64,000 nucleotides of DNA, taken from positions 704,001-768,000 of the forward strand of contig CAWAIK010000001.1 in the NCBI GenBank assembly GCA_963782115.1, written 5' to 3'. A program made the translations under genes and the position numbers. This stretch comes from an uncultured Verrucomicrobiae bacterium (GTDB taxonomy: Bacteria; Verrucomicrobiota; Verrucomicrobiia; Chthoniobacterales; JAFAMB01). Within the stretch, counting starts at the first letter, position 1; each line of letters starts with the position of its first letter. The notes under the pieces are model-generated. The model saw nothing but the letters and a program-made list of their open reading frames with translations. It made no database searches and was not told the origin of the DNA. Below are positions 14,042 through 24,725 of the stretch, one piece after another.

Positions 14042-15476
14042 CTAATGAGTCCTAGTTGGCCGTCGTATTTCGACGCGCTGTTCCAATATTCGGGCCTACC
14101 CGCCGCAGTTCTTCGGCAGCGCCGTAGCAACCAAGGCGTGCGTCGACGCCGCGTTGAAGGACGTGCAGAAGGGCGTGCTCCAGTGGGACACTATCCGCTC
14201 CCTGGCAAACTGCCACATCGCAGGCATGGATCCATCCCCTCAGGTGAATCTGATCTTCAGCCCGGACATCAAGATCGCGGCGATCGTTCCCTTCGGCACC
14301 GGCCCAGAGATGTGCACACCTTGCCAGCCTAACGCGTGGCACGCGTGGGGTCTAAACACGCCGAACTTCACGGTTCTGCCGACGAGCATCGCTTGCATGC
14401 CTGCCTTTGACGATTTTACCAAGGCAATGTCGCATGAGATCGTGGAGACGGTGTCCGATCCAGCGGGAATGGGGATGGGGGAGTTCGGCCAGAACGAACT
14501 TGGTGACAACTGTCAAGACAGTCCGGACGGATACGCCACCTGGAAGGGATTCGCGGTTTCGCGCTATTGGTCAAACTTCGATAAAGACTGTCAGCCGCGG
14601 CTCGATCCACCTACTCGCTCCGTCGCGGAGATTTGGGTTTTGGGAGAGGGCTTGCCGCTACAGCGCTTCACTGGGAGTGTACACGATCTCGGCGTGAACG
14701 TGCCGAGCTCTCGTGTGACCTCGGACGCGCCGGTGACGCAGGTCATGCTCGTGATTCAGACGGGTAGCGACGATCTGCGCGGAGGCAGCAACACGAGCGA
14801 CAACGCGGATGCCGTATTGAACTTCGTGGGCGGCAGCCAGCGCACATTTAACATCAATCAGGGCCGCGGCTGGGGGAATGGAGAGACGCATGCGGTGCTC
14901 CTTGCCCTTCCAGCGAGTCGGCCTCGCGTCAGCGACATAACCGGAGTTACGATCACGACGCACTTTGGCGGTGGCCTATCAGGGGACAACTGGAACGTTG
15001 ACAAAGTCGCCTTGATTGTGAGCTTCGCTGCGGGAAGCACAATCACCGTCCCGACGCCGACGATCGTGCACGAGTGGCTCGACGCGTCCGGCGCACCATT
15101 AGTGCGCTTCACGGGCCAAGTGCACGACTTCTCCGAGTCCATCGGTGCCCAGGACGTCGGTAAGGACATTCGCGTGCTCGACCTCGTCATCTCGACCGGC
15201 AACGATGATCTGCGCGGTGGGTCGAATGCCGGCGACAACTGCGACGTGACGGTACAACTCACTTCCGGCAATACGATCAGGCTCAACAACGTCAACGCGG
15301 GCCGAAACTGGAAAAACTGGTCAGCCAATACAGTCGCCATCCCGCTGCCGGATGGAGGATTGAAGGGTGGCGAGGTCAAGACAGTGACCCTGCACACCGG
15401 CTTCGGCGGAGGAATATCGGGCGATAATTGGAATGTCAACAGACTGCAGCTTCAAGCTACGCTGAAATAGTACATA

Positions 15477-15826
15477 TGAAGCACTCCATTCTTGTCTGCA
15501 CAATCGCCTGCGTTCTCATCGGGCTATTTTCCGCTTCGATTCTGTACGCACCAGAACTCCGGATTGAACGGAGGTATGATTTCCAAAGAGAAGCAAGGGA
15601 ACGATTGGAGAAAGTACCTGGCTTAACCGACAGGCAGCATGAGGAAATGATGAACAATCCGCGCTGGATCGAGCAGTCGGCCTTCAACTCCAGAGCGAGA
15701 GCAATGAAGAGCAGCGCGAAGGAGGAGATCATGAGAACGTATTGCCCGTTTTTGCAATCGCACTCGCGGCCGTGTTTCTTTCCTCGTCACAGAGAAACGG
15801 CAGCCACGGAAAGGAGAGTCAGCTAG
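15477..15826 (+). CDS. Hypothetical exported protein, 3' end probably frameshifted
   Basis: ATG at 15477 (MKHSILVCTIACVLIGLFS) gives a hydrophobic N-terminus directly after the previous stop. Confidence 0.4.
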
Positions 15827-15983
15827 ACTAGATGGCACCTGGGAGCAGGTTTCCGGACAGCAGCTCCCCAAAGGAGCACGGGATATCAAGATAATTTCGG
15901 GAGGACACTTCATTTTGTTGCTTCAGGCACTCGCTCAAATGGAAAAGGTCTGTCGAAACTTGGAAGCGGGTTAACTGATTGGC

Positions 15984-16439
15984 TTACGCCTTCGTGTTCA
16001 GGTTCTTCATTTGATTCCCTGCACATGGAGCGGGAGCCCCAGCCTTACTGCGCGGCATGCTGTTCGATAAGATCGGCGACTGCCTCCGGGTTGTCGGCCA
16101 GCAGGTAGTGGCCGGCGCCCTTTGATCTCCGAGTTCGGGATGGAAGCTCAATAGGGCGCCTTTGTCGCCGTGTTCGATCTTGAACGAAAGCGTAGTTCCC
16201 ACCCACTCTTCAGCGCCTTTGATGCAAAGCCATTTTACCCAATTGGGAGGTTCTAGCTCCATGATCTTCATTTCCTTGAAGTAGTCCGGGCCGAAAGGAA
16301 AACGTGCTATGCTGTTGAGTTCCGGCGTTGCCTTTGCGCCAGGTGTCCACCACCCCGATAGTCCTTCCTGGGTGGTGATTGCACCATAAACCGTTTCAGC
16401 CGGAGCACCGATGAGTAGTTCATGATGAATGTTTGGCAT
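15984..16439 (-). pseudogene. SRPBCC (AHSA1/START-like) protein, truncated and fused to an alpha/beta-hydrolase C-terminal remnant
   Basis: MPNIHHELLIGAPAETVYGAITTQEGLSGWW...EWVGT. Past about 16120 another frame reads GAGHYLLADNPEAVADLIEQHAAQ*. Confidence 0.75.
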
Positions 16440-16466
16440 TGATGACTCCTATTCTTGGTGAAGGGT

Positions 16467-16643
16467 CTAGCCTGCTTGCCCGCCAGGCCAACAGGTCGGT
16501 TCCCAGGGCATCGCCATCCGGCGCCGAGTCAGCGCTTCGCGTTGCCGCGTAAATTCCTTCTCAGCAGCTAGCAATTCCAGGCGAGCCTGCAGCCATTTTG
16601 CTTGCGAAACTACTTGATCGTTTTCTAGACGGGTTTCGGTCAT
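16467..16643 (-). pseudogene. DUF899 (thioredoxin-like) N-terminal fragment
   Basis: Manual translation: MTETRLENDQVVSQAKWLQARLELLAAEKEFTRQREALTRRRMAMPWE, then unrelated sequence and a stop. Confidence 0.75.
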
Positions 16644-16670
16644 TGTGATTTCTTGCTTGGGTTTTGGTAG

Positions 16671-17090
16671 TTAACAAATCGGGTTGCCTTCCCTCTCCAA
16701 CGCCTCCCCCAGGCGGGTTAAAATGTGACCCCACCCTTGTTCGGATGATTGGAAAACGTCTTCTTCCCCGGCCGGTAGTGCCTCCCAACCAGAATGGGTC
16801 AAAACTAACTTCGTCTCTTCTCCGAGCTGAGACAGGACAAACGAAACTAATGTCTCCACGCTCGCAGCGGGAGGTTTGAAGCTGTATACTAACTTTTCAT
16901 TAGGAACGACTTCTCGCACTACGCATTCGACCGTTCCCTGATCCTCACAGCGCAGAGTAAAGCTCTTTCCTGCCTTGGGCTCGAAATCGGTTGGCAAAAA
17001 CCAGGTAGCAAGTTTTTGCGGATCGGTTAGGTGCTTCCACACTTTCTCGACTGACGCCTTAATAATGATTTCCTTTCGAATGATCTTCAC
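16671..17090 (-). CDS. SRPBCC/AHSA1-like domain protein
   Basis: [31 protein letters not shown]...[10 protein letters not shown]...GW. Confidence 0.85.
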   Translation of the reverse strand: MKIIRKEIIIKASVEKVWKHLTDPQKLATWFLPTDFEPKAGKSFTLRCEDQGTVECVVREVVPNEKLVYSFKPPAASVETLVSFVLSQLGEETKLVLTHSGWEALPAGEEDVFQSSEQGWGHILTRLGEALEREGNPIC

Positions 17091-17165
17091 GGCTTTTTTT
17101 CTACCTGCTTCTTCAGATTCTCCAATTTCTCATCCCAGAAGCCCTCAAACTTAGACAACCAACCA
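17087..17165 (-). pseudogene. ArsR-family regulator, C-terminal remnant
   Basis: [24 protein letters not shown] with its stop overlapping the SRPBCC GTG start, the usual ArsR-SRPBCC coupling. Confidence 0.6.
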
Positions 17166-17927
17166 TGAATCGGACTTGCGAAACGAAGAACACTATACCG
17201 ATACGGCCGGCTTCACCGACCACGTGTTTGGCCTCTGCCACTTGTTGGGCTTCCGTTTTGCGCCCCCCATTCGTGATCTCGCCTACCGGCGGCTGTACAC
17301 CGCCGAAAAAGCCAAGCGCTATCCGACGCTTCAGCCCTTTATCGGTGGCGCGATCAACCCTCAAACAACTCCTGGCCCAGTGGTCAGAGATCCTACGGCT
17401 TGGTTGCTCCATCCGCCTGGGCACGGTGACCTCCTCGCTGATCCTGCGAAAACTGGCCAGCTACCCGCGACAGAATGCTCTCGCCTTGGCTTTGCGGGAA
17501 TTTGGCCGGATCGAACGCACGCTCTTTACGCTCGACTGGCTGCTCGACAAGGATCTGCACCAGCGCGTGACCGCCGGCCTCAACAAAGGAGAACTCAAAA
17601 ATTCGCTGGCGAAGGCCGTCTGCTTTAATCGCTTAGGGGAGCTGCGCGACCGCAGCTTTGAGGCGCAACGTCACCGCGCAAGCGGCCTAAACCTGGTGGT
17701 TGCCGCGATTATCCTGTGGAATACCGTTTATCTGGAACGCGCGATCGGGGCGCTTCGCCAGCAAGGGCGGCAAGTCGACGAAGGCTTACTCCAGCACGTG
17801 GCGCCGGTCCATTGGAACCACAGCAACCTCACCGGCGATTACTCCTGGCGGCAGAACAAACGCGTCGAGAAGGGCGGTTTCCGGCCACTCAGGATCTCGC
17901 CTGAACCTTAGCGTACTTTATTTCCCC
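17165..17927 (+). mobile_element. Tn3-family transposase 3' fragment with the inner half of its terminal IR
   Basis: [52 protein letters not shown] and [19 protein letters not shown]. It is followed by CTTAGCGTACTTTATTTCC, resembling the inner part of Tn21-type IRs. Confidence 0.9.
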
Positions 17928-18304
17928 ATATTCCGAGTTCCGGAATATTCCGAGTAGGGGTTCCAAACTGGCTCCGTCCTTGCGTTTCATTGGGAAAAAC
18001 TCGGAATATTAAAAGAGAGGCGTGAAACGCCGGCGGCGCGTCGTCGGCCTTGGACCCTCACGCCGAGAGATGCGCTTTTTGCGATTCGTTCCGACGCCCG
18101 TTCTTGATTTCAGGACCCGCAGCGACACAAATGCGCGTTCCCTCGAAGCTCTTGGTTTTCGGGCGAACGACAATTCACTTCTGCTTCTGCCGCCAAGTTG
18201 ACTGGCAGGAATATTCCGAGTTCAGAAAGTCCGCCCTCCTAGCTTTATCAGCGTCGGCCTTCGCCAAGAACGGACAACTCGGAATATTCCGGAACTCGGA
18301 ATAT
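17928..18304. mobile_element. 377-bp MITE-like element with 28-bp perfect terminal inverted repeats
   Basis: ATATTCCGAGTTCCGGAATATTCCGAGT (17928-17955) and its exact reverse complement (18277-18304). Extra internal copies of the ATATTCCGAGT unit lie near 18000 and 18211. Confidence 0.7.
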
Positions 18305-18390
18305 CTGCAGTATTCCGTTAACGGAATACTTCCCCTTTCGTCAAACGACCCCAATATGTGCTCAACCCGGACGACATTCGCTAAAACCGA

Positions 18391-18426
18391 CCCTTAAAGG
18401 ATATTTTTACACCGATCTGGGCGGGA
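18391..18426 (+). repeat. 36-bp dispersed repeat, copy 2
   Basis: CCCTTAAAGGATATTTTTACACCGATCTGGGCGGGA, 34/36 identical to 4920-4955. Confidence 0.8.
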
Positions 18427-18593
18427 CCCTTACAGGAGCTGGCGATTTATGTTGAGCAGACGATCCGTCTCAGCTCGATTGCCGCGGGCTTTTTAAGAGC
18501 TTTTTCAGTAAAAGTTTCTCGAACCGACGTACAGCAATTCTATATGGACGGGCTCCTTCGCGGGCATAAAGTTACCGGCGCATATTCCATTAA

Positions 18594-18776
18594 ATGAAGT
18601 CGCAAGAAGCCAAGACTCTGCAAGTGGGCGATCCTGTAGTCTGGATTCCCGATAAGGGAAAGGGCGAAGTGGTTGAGATAAATCACTGCTCTGTCAAGAT
18701 ACTCTGGGAGGACGGCCAATCCGGCATCTTCCAATTCACTGACTTGATGTCTCAAATTGAAAGACCTTCCCAATAA
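18594..18776 (+). CDS. Small hypothetical protein, SH3/KOW-like pattern
   Basis: LQVGDPVVW....GEVVE.....VKILWEDG, 60 aa. Confidence 0.5.
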   Translation: MKSQEAKTLQVGDPVVWIPDKGKGEVVEINHCSVKILWEDGQSGIFQFTDLMSQIERPSQ

Positions 18777-18960
18777 TCATACAGCGGGATAACAAGTTGA
18801 CAGCATGGCTTTGGTTACGGCAAACGGGCCAAGACATTGGTTTCGTAAGTGGCCTTGAATGCTTTCAAGTCCGACGCAGCTTGGGCCGCTGCACCTAGAC
18901 GCGGTTCCGGTCTTCTCAGTTTTTTACCAGTCTCGCTCGCGGCTATATCATTGTTGTCTG

Positions 18961-19315
18961 ATGTTGACCACTACACGTCTCCGGCTACGGCTCTGGCGCG
19001 ACGAAGATTTGCCAAGCTTCGCAGCGCTAAACTCAGACCCTCGCGTCATGCAATTTATGGTTATGCTGCTGGACCGCCGGAAAGCGATGCGAGCGCCGAA
19101 CGTATAAAGCAGCACTTCACCCGACATGGCTTCGGTCTATGGGCTTCGCCTCCTTTACTGTTCCAGCCAACCAGCGCTCCCGAAACGTAATGGAGCGTAT
19201 CGGGATGACGCGTTCTCCGGATGACGATTTTAAGCATCCGCTCCTGCAAGAGGGTCATCCGCTTCGCCACCACGTCCTTTACCGACGCGCTCGTCCTGTA
19301 CAGTTTGACGCCTAA
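18961..19315 (+). pseudogene. RimJ/RimL-type GNAT acetyltransferase with an internal deletion and frameshift
   Basis: MLTTTRLRLRLWRDEDLPSFAALNSDPRVM, then HGFGLWA, then directly TVPANQRSRNVMERIGM..DDDFKHP.L..GHPLRHHVLYR; the central strands are missing. Confidence 0.8.
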
Positions 19316-19413
19316 AAGAAGATTCGCTTCAACCTATGCTCAATGTAAGTGACTTGCGTTCAAAGAGTTATTTCCAAGCCAATTGTAAATATTCGGTGAA
19401 GACGCTGGGGGGC

Positions 19414-20298
19414 TTAGCGCGTGAGAATCTCTTTGAAATCGGGACGCAAAGGATACAGGAAGATGGCCTTCTGTGGCAGGATGGTTTGATGGTGTTTCTC
19501 GAGTTTACCACGGCCTTTGGTCAGCCCGACGTATTGCCAGTTGGCGGCGCGGTAGGTTGTGCCGGTAAAACGGGGTAGCTGGACGAAGGTTTCCAGTAGA
19601 ACGGGTCGGTAGCCATAATGGGAGAACCAATCGGCAGCAAGACGGCGACAGACCAAGCCCAGTACGCGGGAGGCCAGATTGGGGCAGTGCACCCAGGGCA
19701 GCAGCAGAAAGCGGTGATTGTTGAGCACCAGGTGCAGATTGCGCTGGCGTTGGGCACTCGACCAGCCAATGAGGCGATCCCGGTCGGCGAGCGACCAAGC
19801 GCTGGCGCCAAAGCCCAAGCCGCCCAGCAGCCGGGAGCCGTTGAATAGGAGGTAACGCAACTGGGCGCCGGCCATGGGACAGTAACCTAGGTAGTGATGT
19901 TGGACCATTATCTGACGGTAAAGCAGACGCTCAGGGAGAGTGCGAGCTAATACCAGATTCAATGGGTGAAGTTGATGTGCGGGCAGGGTCAGGGGGGTTT
20001 GTTCAAAGGCTAAAAGATTCTGAGCCGAGAGTTGCTTTTTGCCGTTGCCGTTACGGGCACGTGGCGACGGGAGCACTAGCAAGCCAGCTCGCTCCATGCG
20101 CAGCAGCGCGACCTTGCAACTCATCTCCTTGAGTCGGCCCTGGGCATTGAGCCAGCCGAACTCCTGGCAGACTTGTCGCGCGAGCTGACTACGGCAAACT
20201 TGGCCTTGGACGATGATAGCTCGGATGCGCTCCAGTTCGCCGGGGCTGAAGTCCCGTCCGCAGAAGCGCGCCGAAGCACTGGTCTGCGCTCTGCTCAT
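19414..20298 (-). CDS. DUF4338 domain protein (DruA-like), IS66 passenger
   Basis: HHYLGY...GAQLRYL, SAWSLADRDRLIGW, LVLNNHRFLLLPWV..PNLASRVL, LLETFV, GTTYRAANW..VGLTKGRG. Its start overlaps the TnpC stop. Confidence 0.88.
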   Translation of the reverse strand: MSRAQTSASARFCGRDFSPGELERIRAIIVQGQVCRSQLARQVCQEFGWLNAQGRLKEMSCKVALLRMERAGLLVLPSPRARNGNGKKQLSAQNLLAFEQTPLTLPAHQLHPLNLVLARTLPERLLYRQIMVQHHYLGYCPMAGAQLRYLLFNGSRLLGGLGFGASAWSLADRDRLIGWSSAQRQRNLHLVLNNHRFLLLPWVHCPNLASRVLGLVCRRLAADWFSHYGYRPVLLETFVQLPRFTGTTYRAANWQYVGLTKGRGKLEKHHQTILPQKAIFLYPLRPDFKEILTR

Positions 20299-20964
20299 GG
20301 CGCGCGCGCCTGGGAGCTCACGGGCGGTTCCTCGACTCCGGCAGCATCGTGGTGGATAAAGTTCCAGGGCAGCCAGCGTTCCAGTTGCTCGGGCGCTTTG
20401 GACCCGTTAACCGCGCAGGCTTGCAGGTAGGCCGTGAGATAGGTCCGAGGATTGACGTTGTGCAGGAGCAAGGTCTGCAAGAGAGTTAACATCATGGCCA
20501 GCAGTTGTGCGCTCCAGCGCGAGGCGCTGCCGTAGTAGTTTTTACGCCCAAGCGTGCCGGGACGGATCGCCCGTTCGGCGCCGTTGTTATCCATCGGGAT
20601 TTGCGGATGATCGGCAAAGAGCGTCAGCCCCGGCCAATGGGATTGGAGGCTGCCGAGCACTTTGCGTCGAAGTCGGCTCGGATGGTTCTGGGCCAGTTCC
20701 CGGGCCGACTGCTGCGCCATCTCGGCCAGCGCCTGGTGGAGGGCCTCATCGGCTTGCGCATAGCCAGAGCTCCTCATGCGTTCGGTGTCAAGTTCGACAA
20801 AGGGCGCGGGCAAGGACACCGGGCAGTTCTGGCTTTTTGCTAATGTTAGTCGCTGCTCGTTTAATTCATAGAGTTTAGCAATCCGATCGATCCAACTATC
20901 CGCCCAGAGCTGATCCTCTCGGCCGACCAGCCGCAGTTGAAGAAAATCCCGTCGCACATGCGCC
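20295..20964 (-). pseudogene. IS66 TnpC, C-terminal part
   Basis: (AH)VRRDF...IAKLY...HWPGLTLF..P.IPMDNNGAERAIRPGTLGRKNYYGS...LPWN. Confidence 0.9.
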
Positions 20965-20991
20965 TTATGTGGAGCTCCACATAAGGCGCAT
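20958..20991. repeat. Perfect 34-bp palindrome at the left junction of the nested insertion
   Basis: ATGCGCCTTATGTGGAG|CTCCACATAAGGCGCAT. Confidence 0.9.
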
Positions 20992-21155
20992 TGGACTAAA
21001 CCGCTTCGCGGTATTTGGTAGCGCGACGTCCCAAGAGTAACCTCGCGCGAGCGCAGCGAGTTCGACTCAACTTCAGTGGCAAGATACGGAGGCGCCGTTG
21101 CGAGCGCGTGGAAAAGCTGTTTGCAGCAAAGCCCACCAGCGCAAATGAGCTCTCC

Positions 21156-22037
21156 ATGACATCGCTTCGACGACGCATGACCGAGGACATGCAGGTGAGG
21201 AATCTCTCACCGCATACACAAGACTCATACGTGCAACAGATCTCTCTGTTTGCGCGCCATTTCAGTAAATCACCGGAAATACTGGGCCCTGAGGAGATTC
21301 GCTCTTACCAGCTCTATCTAACCAACGAAAAGAAACTGGCTCCCAGTTCAATCCTCATCGCCATAGCCGCTCTTCGCTTTCTCTACAAAGTCACGCTTCA
21401 TAAGGATTGGAGCCTGGAAGAAATTATCCCGGCGCCCAAGAAGCCTCAGAAGTTGCCTATTGTCTTGAGTCCCGAAGAGGTCCTGCAGTTCTTAAGCTGC
21501 GTACAGAGCTTCAAGCATCGCACCATCCTGGCCATCTGTTACGCTGCCGGGTTGCGCATCTCAGAGGCTGTCCGGCTGAAAGTCGCCGATATCGACAGCC
21601 AGCGAATGGTCATTCGAGTCGAACTAGGGAAAGGGCAAAAAGATCGCGATGTCATGCTTTCACCAAAGTTGCTGCAAATCCTGCGTCGCTGGTGGCCGGT
21701 GAACAAGCCCAAGCAGTGGCTCTTCCCAGGCGATCGAGTCGGCGGCCACATTACCAGGGCGGCGGTGGAGGACGCGTGCCAAAAGGCGCATCGAATTTGC
21801 CGGATTTCCAAACCGATCACACCGCATTCGCTTCGGCACGCATTCGCAGTTCATCTGCTGGAATCCGGCACCGACGTGCGCACCATTCAACTGCTGCTTG
21901 GTCATCGCAGCCTGGCTACCACGGCCCGCTATCTGCGCATCGCCACTACCAAGGTGTGCTCCACCACCAGCCCACTCGATCTGCTCCCGCAGCCGGTTGC
22001 CGCTGAGCCCGAGCCCGCTCCACCACAGTACTTCTAG
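21156..22037 (+). CDS. Tyrosine recombinase (phage integrase family with N-terminal SAM-like domain)
   Basis: Likely start MTSLRRRMTEDMQVRN; GLRISE, GKGQKDR, HSLRHAFA, LLGH and TARY give a complete catalytic set. Confidence 0.92.
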   Translation: MTSLRRRMTEDMQVRNLSPHTQDSYVQQISLFARHFSKSPEILGPEEIRSYQLYLTNEKKLAPSSILIAIAALRFLYKVTLHKDWSLEEIIPAPKKPQKLPIVLSPEEVLQFLSCVQSFKHRTILAICYAAGLRISEAVRLKVADIDSQRMVIRVELGKGQKDRDVMLSPKLLQILRRWWPVNKPKQWLFPGDRVGGHITRAAVEDACQKAHRICRISKPITPHSLRHAFAVHLLESGTDVRTIQLLLGHRSLATTARYLRIATTKVCSTTSPLDLLPQPVAAEPEPAPPQYF

Positions 22038-22046
22038 CTCCGGGAC

Positions 22047-23249
22047 ATGGATCGCCCGAAGTTCGAAGTGGCGGATGTGTTTCGCCGCTACGGCGAAGCC
22101 TATCGTCATGAGCATGGCGCTTCGCTCTCCACGGCGCAGCGCCGCGCCATGACCGCGATCGAGGTCTGCCGGACTGCTGTTCTCGGCGGCCATCTCGAGC
22201 ACTGTGACCACTGCGGCCACCAGCGCAACGCTTATAACTCCTGTTGCGATCGACACTGCCCAAAATGCCAGTCGTTCGCCCGGTTCAAATGGCTCGTGGA
22301 CCGTCAGGCCGAACTCTTAAACACTCAATATTTTCACGTTGTGTTCACTCTACCGCAGCAGATTGCAACAATTGCCTATCAGAATAAGAGAGAGCTCTAT
22401 GGCATCCTGTTCAGGGCCACGGCGCAAACCTTGCTCACCATCGCCGCTGATCCCAAACACCTGGGCGCCGAGATCGGCTTTTTCGCCGTACTTCACACTT
22501 GGGGCCAGAACCTGCTCCATCATCCCCACCTGCATTGTGTGGTCACCGGCGGTGGTCTCTCTGCCGACGGCAGCCAATGGATTTCCTGCCGGGATGGATT
22601 TTTCTTACCCGTGGGCGTGCTTTCAAGGCTGTTTCGTCGTCTGTTCCTGGAATATTTGCTCAAAGCCTTTGATGCCGGCAAACTGGAGTTTTTCTCGTCG
22701 CTCGAATCACTCCGGGATCGGTGCTCATTCCTGGATTACCTGGCTCCCTTACGCGAGGCCGAATGGGTGGTCTACGCCAAGCGGCCTTTCGCCGGGCCCG
22801 AGCAGGTATTGGACTACGTCGGGCGTTATACTCATCGCGTGGCGATCTCTAACAATCGTCTGTTGGACATCGCGGAGGACAAGGTGACCTTCCGTTACAA
22901 GGATTATCGTCATGACGCCCAACAGAAGACGATGACTGTGGAAGCCGAAGAGTTTATCCGTCGCTTCCTTTTACATGTGCTTCCTGAGGGCTTTCAGCGC
23001 ATCCGCTACTACGGCTTCCTGGCCAACCGGTACCGAGAGCAGAAACTAGCACGCTGCCGAGAATTGTTGGACATGCCGGCGCCAGAACAACCGGCCCTCG
23101 AAGGAGCTAAGGATTATCGTGAGCGTTATGAAGAACTCATCGGCCCTTCGTTGCGGGAGTGCCCAGTCTGTCACCAAGGTCGCATGCTGGTGATTGAGAT
23201 CTTGCCGCGAAGCCCACATAGGAAAATGGCGATTACGGATACCTCATGA
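22047..23249 (+). CDS. IS91-like (HUH Y2) transposase with N-terminal zinc-binding domain
   Basis: CRT..LGG..CxxC..YNSC..RHCPKC, YFHVVFTLP, HUH motif HPHLH, YVGRY and F.LHVLP.GF.RIRYYG. Confidence 0.92.
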   Translation: MDRPKFEVADVFRRYGEAYRHEHGASLSTAQRRAMTAIEVCRTAVLGGHLEHCDHCGHQRNAYNSCCDRHCPKCQSFARFKWLVDRQAELLNTQYFHVVFTLPQQIATIAYQNKRELYGILFRATAQTLLTIAADPKHLGAEIGFFAVLHTWGQNLLHHPHLHCVVTGGGLSADGSQWISCRDGFFLPVGVLSRLFRRLFLEYLLKAFDAGKLEFFSSLESLRDRCSFLDYLAPLREAEWVVYAKRPFAGPEQVLDYVGRYTHRVAISNNRLLDIAEDKVTFRYKDYRHDAQQKTMTVEAEEFIRRFLLHVLPEGFQRIRYYGFLANRYREQKLARCRELLDMPAPEQPALEGAKDYRERYEELIGPSLRECPVCHQGRMLVIEILPRSPHRKMAITDTS

Positions 23250-23708
23250 TGAACAGGACTGTTTTCGGATGCAGATCAAATTCCGGCGCACAAGCTTGGC
23301 GAGGCCAAACAACAGGAGCAGTGCTGCCACGCGCCTCATTGCGAACATTTTCCAAGGGACAGATGTTGTCCCCCGACGCCGTGATAGCCGACTGGAGGCC
23401 CCGCGAACTATCCCGGCAATCCCCTACGCTGACCGCTTCCGGCCCCTTCAGATCCTCGCCAGAGATCCAGCCGGCAATCAATACACATAGGTCACGCTCT
23501 GGGCAGCGGTTTTGTCCAATCAATTTTTAGCCCACCGCCGCGGCGACCACCCTTCGAATGCTTTCCAAGCGTCTCGCGCCGCGACGCTGAGCTAAAAATT
23601 CTCTGCATTATCTGGAGAGCGTTTTTATTTGGAGTGAAGGCCGAGGTAGCAGACTTGGCCCTCTAGGATTGGCTGCGGTGGTCTCCAGATAAAACGATGT
23701 TGTTCAAA

Positions 23709-24725
23709 TCAAAGGGACTGGAGAAACGACAACAGGCCAGCCTTTGGCTTCCAAGGCTTGGTTCGTGCGGGCTCGATCTCGGAATGCTTCCAAAAAGTAT
23801 CCAGCGCATCTCGCTTCATTTGCAGATTGGTGGCAACGTACCGTCCGGTGGTGGACACACTCGCATGGCCGAGATAGTCGCGAATGACGGTGATGTCGGT
23901 GCCTGATTGGAGAAGCGCCACAGCACAACTGTGGCGCAGCACATGAGGTGTAATCCGCTTTCGCGCAAGCGCGGGGCGATCCTGAGCCGCAGCTGCCGCA
24001 TGCTTTTGCAGAATCCAGGCAATGCCATCGCGAGTCAGCGGCTGACTGTGCCGGTTGACGAAGACGTGCTGTTGGTCGCTGGCCGCGCCCATGCCTCGCA
24101 ATCGATGTAGCGCATCCGTCGTCTCGCGCCACAAGGGCAAGAGGCGTTCCTTCTTGCCCTTGCCGAACAGGCGTACCTGTCGTGGCGGGACCAACTGGAG
24201 ATGGGTCCATCGGACGGACGTGGCCTCGCTGACGCGAGCGCCGCAGTTGTAGAGAAACAAAAGCAGCGTGTAGTCGCGCCATCCATCAGCGGTCCGTCGG
24301 TTTGGCTTGGCGAGAATGCCGCGCACGTCGTCGGCTTCGAGGTAGGTCACCGGAAGCTGCCGTGCCCTCTTGGCCGGGATCGCCAGCACTCGCGTGTACT
24401 GCAACGAGTGGGTCAGATCATGGCGGACGAGGTGCTTGAAAAAGCTGCGGAGGGCCGCACGCCTGCAATTGCGCGTGGTGGCAGAGTTCGATCGGTTGGC
24501 CTCGATATGATCAAGGAAAGCTGTAATCGCTTCGGCGTCCAAATCTGCAACGTCTAGGGATGCGACATCGCGACGACGGTGTTGCGCGGTGAACTCAAAG
24601 AGCAGCTTGAGCGAATCCCGATAGGCGCGGATCGTATGCACGCTGGCTCCGCGCTGCCGTGGGAGATACCCGGTGAAGAAAGACTCGACGAGCGCGAACA
24701 GCGCCTGAGATGGAGGCTTGTTCAT
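23709..24725 (-). CDS. Tyrosine recombinase (RitC-like)
   Basis: GARVSEA, GKGKKER, HVLRHS, YLGH and TGRY. Confidence 0.9.
   Translation of the reverse strand: MNKPPSQALFALVESFFTGYLPRQRGASVHTIRAYRDSLKLLFEFTAQHRRRDVASLDVADLDAEAITAFLDHIEANRSNSATTRNCRRAALRSFFKHLVRHDLTHSLQYTRVLAIPAKRARQLPVTYLEADDVRGILAKPNRRTADGWRDYTLLLFLYNCGARVSEATSVRWTHLQLVPPRQVRLFGKGKKERLLPLWRETTDALHRLRGMGAASDQQHVFVNRHSQPLTRDGIAWILQKHAAAAAQDRPALARKRITPHVLRHSCAVALLQSGTDITVIRDYLGHASVSTTGRYVATNLQMKRDALDTFWKHSEIEPARTKPWKPKAGLLSFLQSL

Larger units (their letters stand above)
12338..15470 (+). pseudogene. Secreted protein with an HExxE (Phi-1/EXORDIUM-like) region and two C-terminal repeat domains, interrupted by IS701
   Basis: Signal peptide at 12338 and IS at 12562-14041. 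The downstream part has SHEIVETVSDP...NELGDNC and two RFTG.VHD...TG.DDLRGGSN..DN...FGGG.SGDNWNV repeats. Extra frameshifts lie near 12555 and 14100. Confidence 0.7.

Noticed and set aside
17928..18330. CRISPR-like repeats
   Set aside because: The units occur in both orientations with irregular spacing, there are no unique equal-length spacers, and no cas genes are present.
18790..18860. Possible riboswitch upstream of the GNAT gene
   Set aside because: GGCAAAC is present but the paired elements of a c-di-GMP-I aptamer could not be built.
19414..20298. Druantia defence system
   Set aside because: Only the DUF4338 gene is present; there is no DruE helicase or other dru gene, and it lies inside IS ends.
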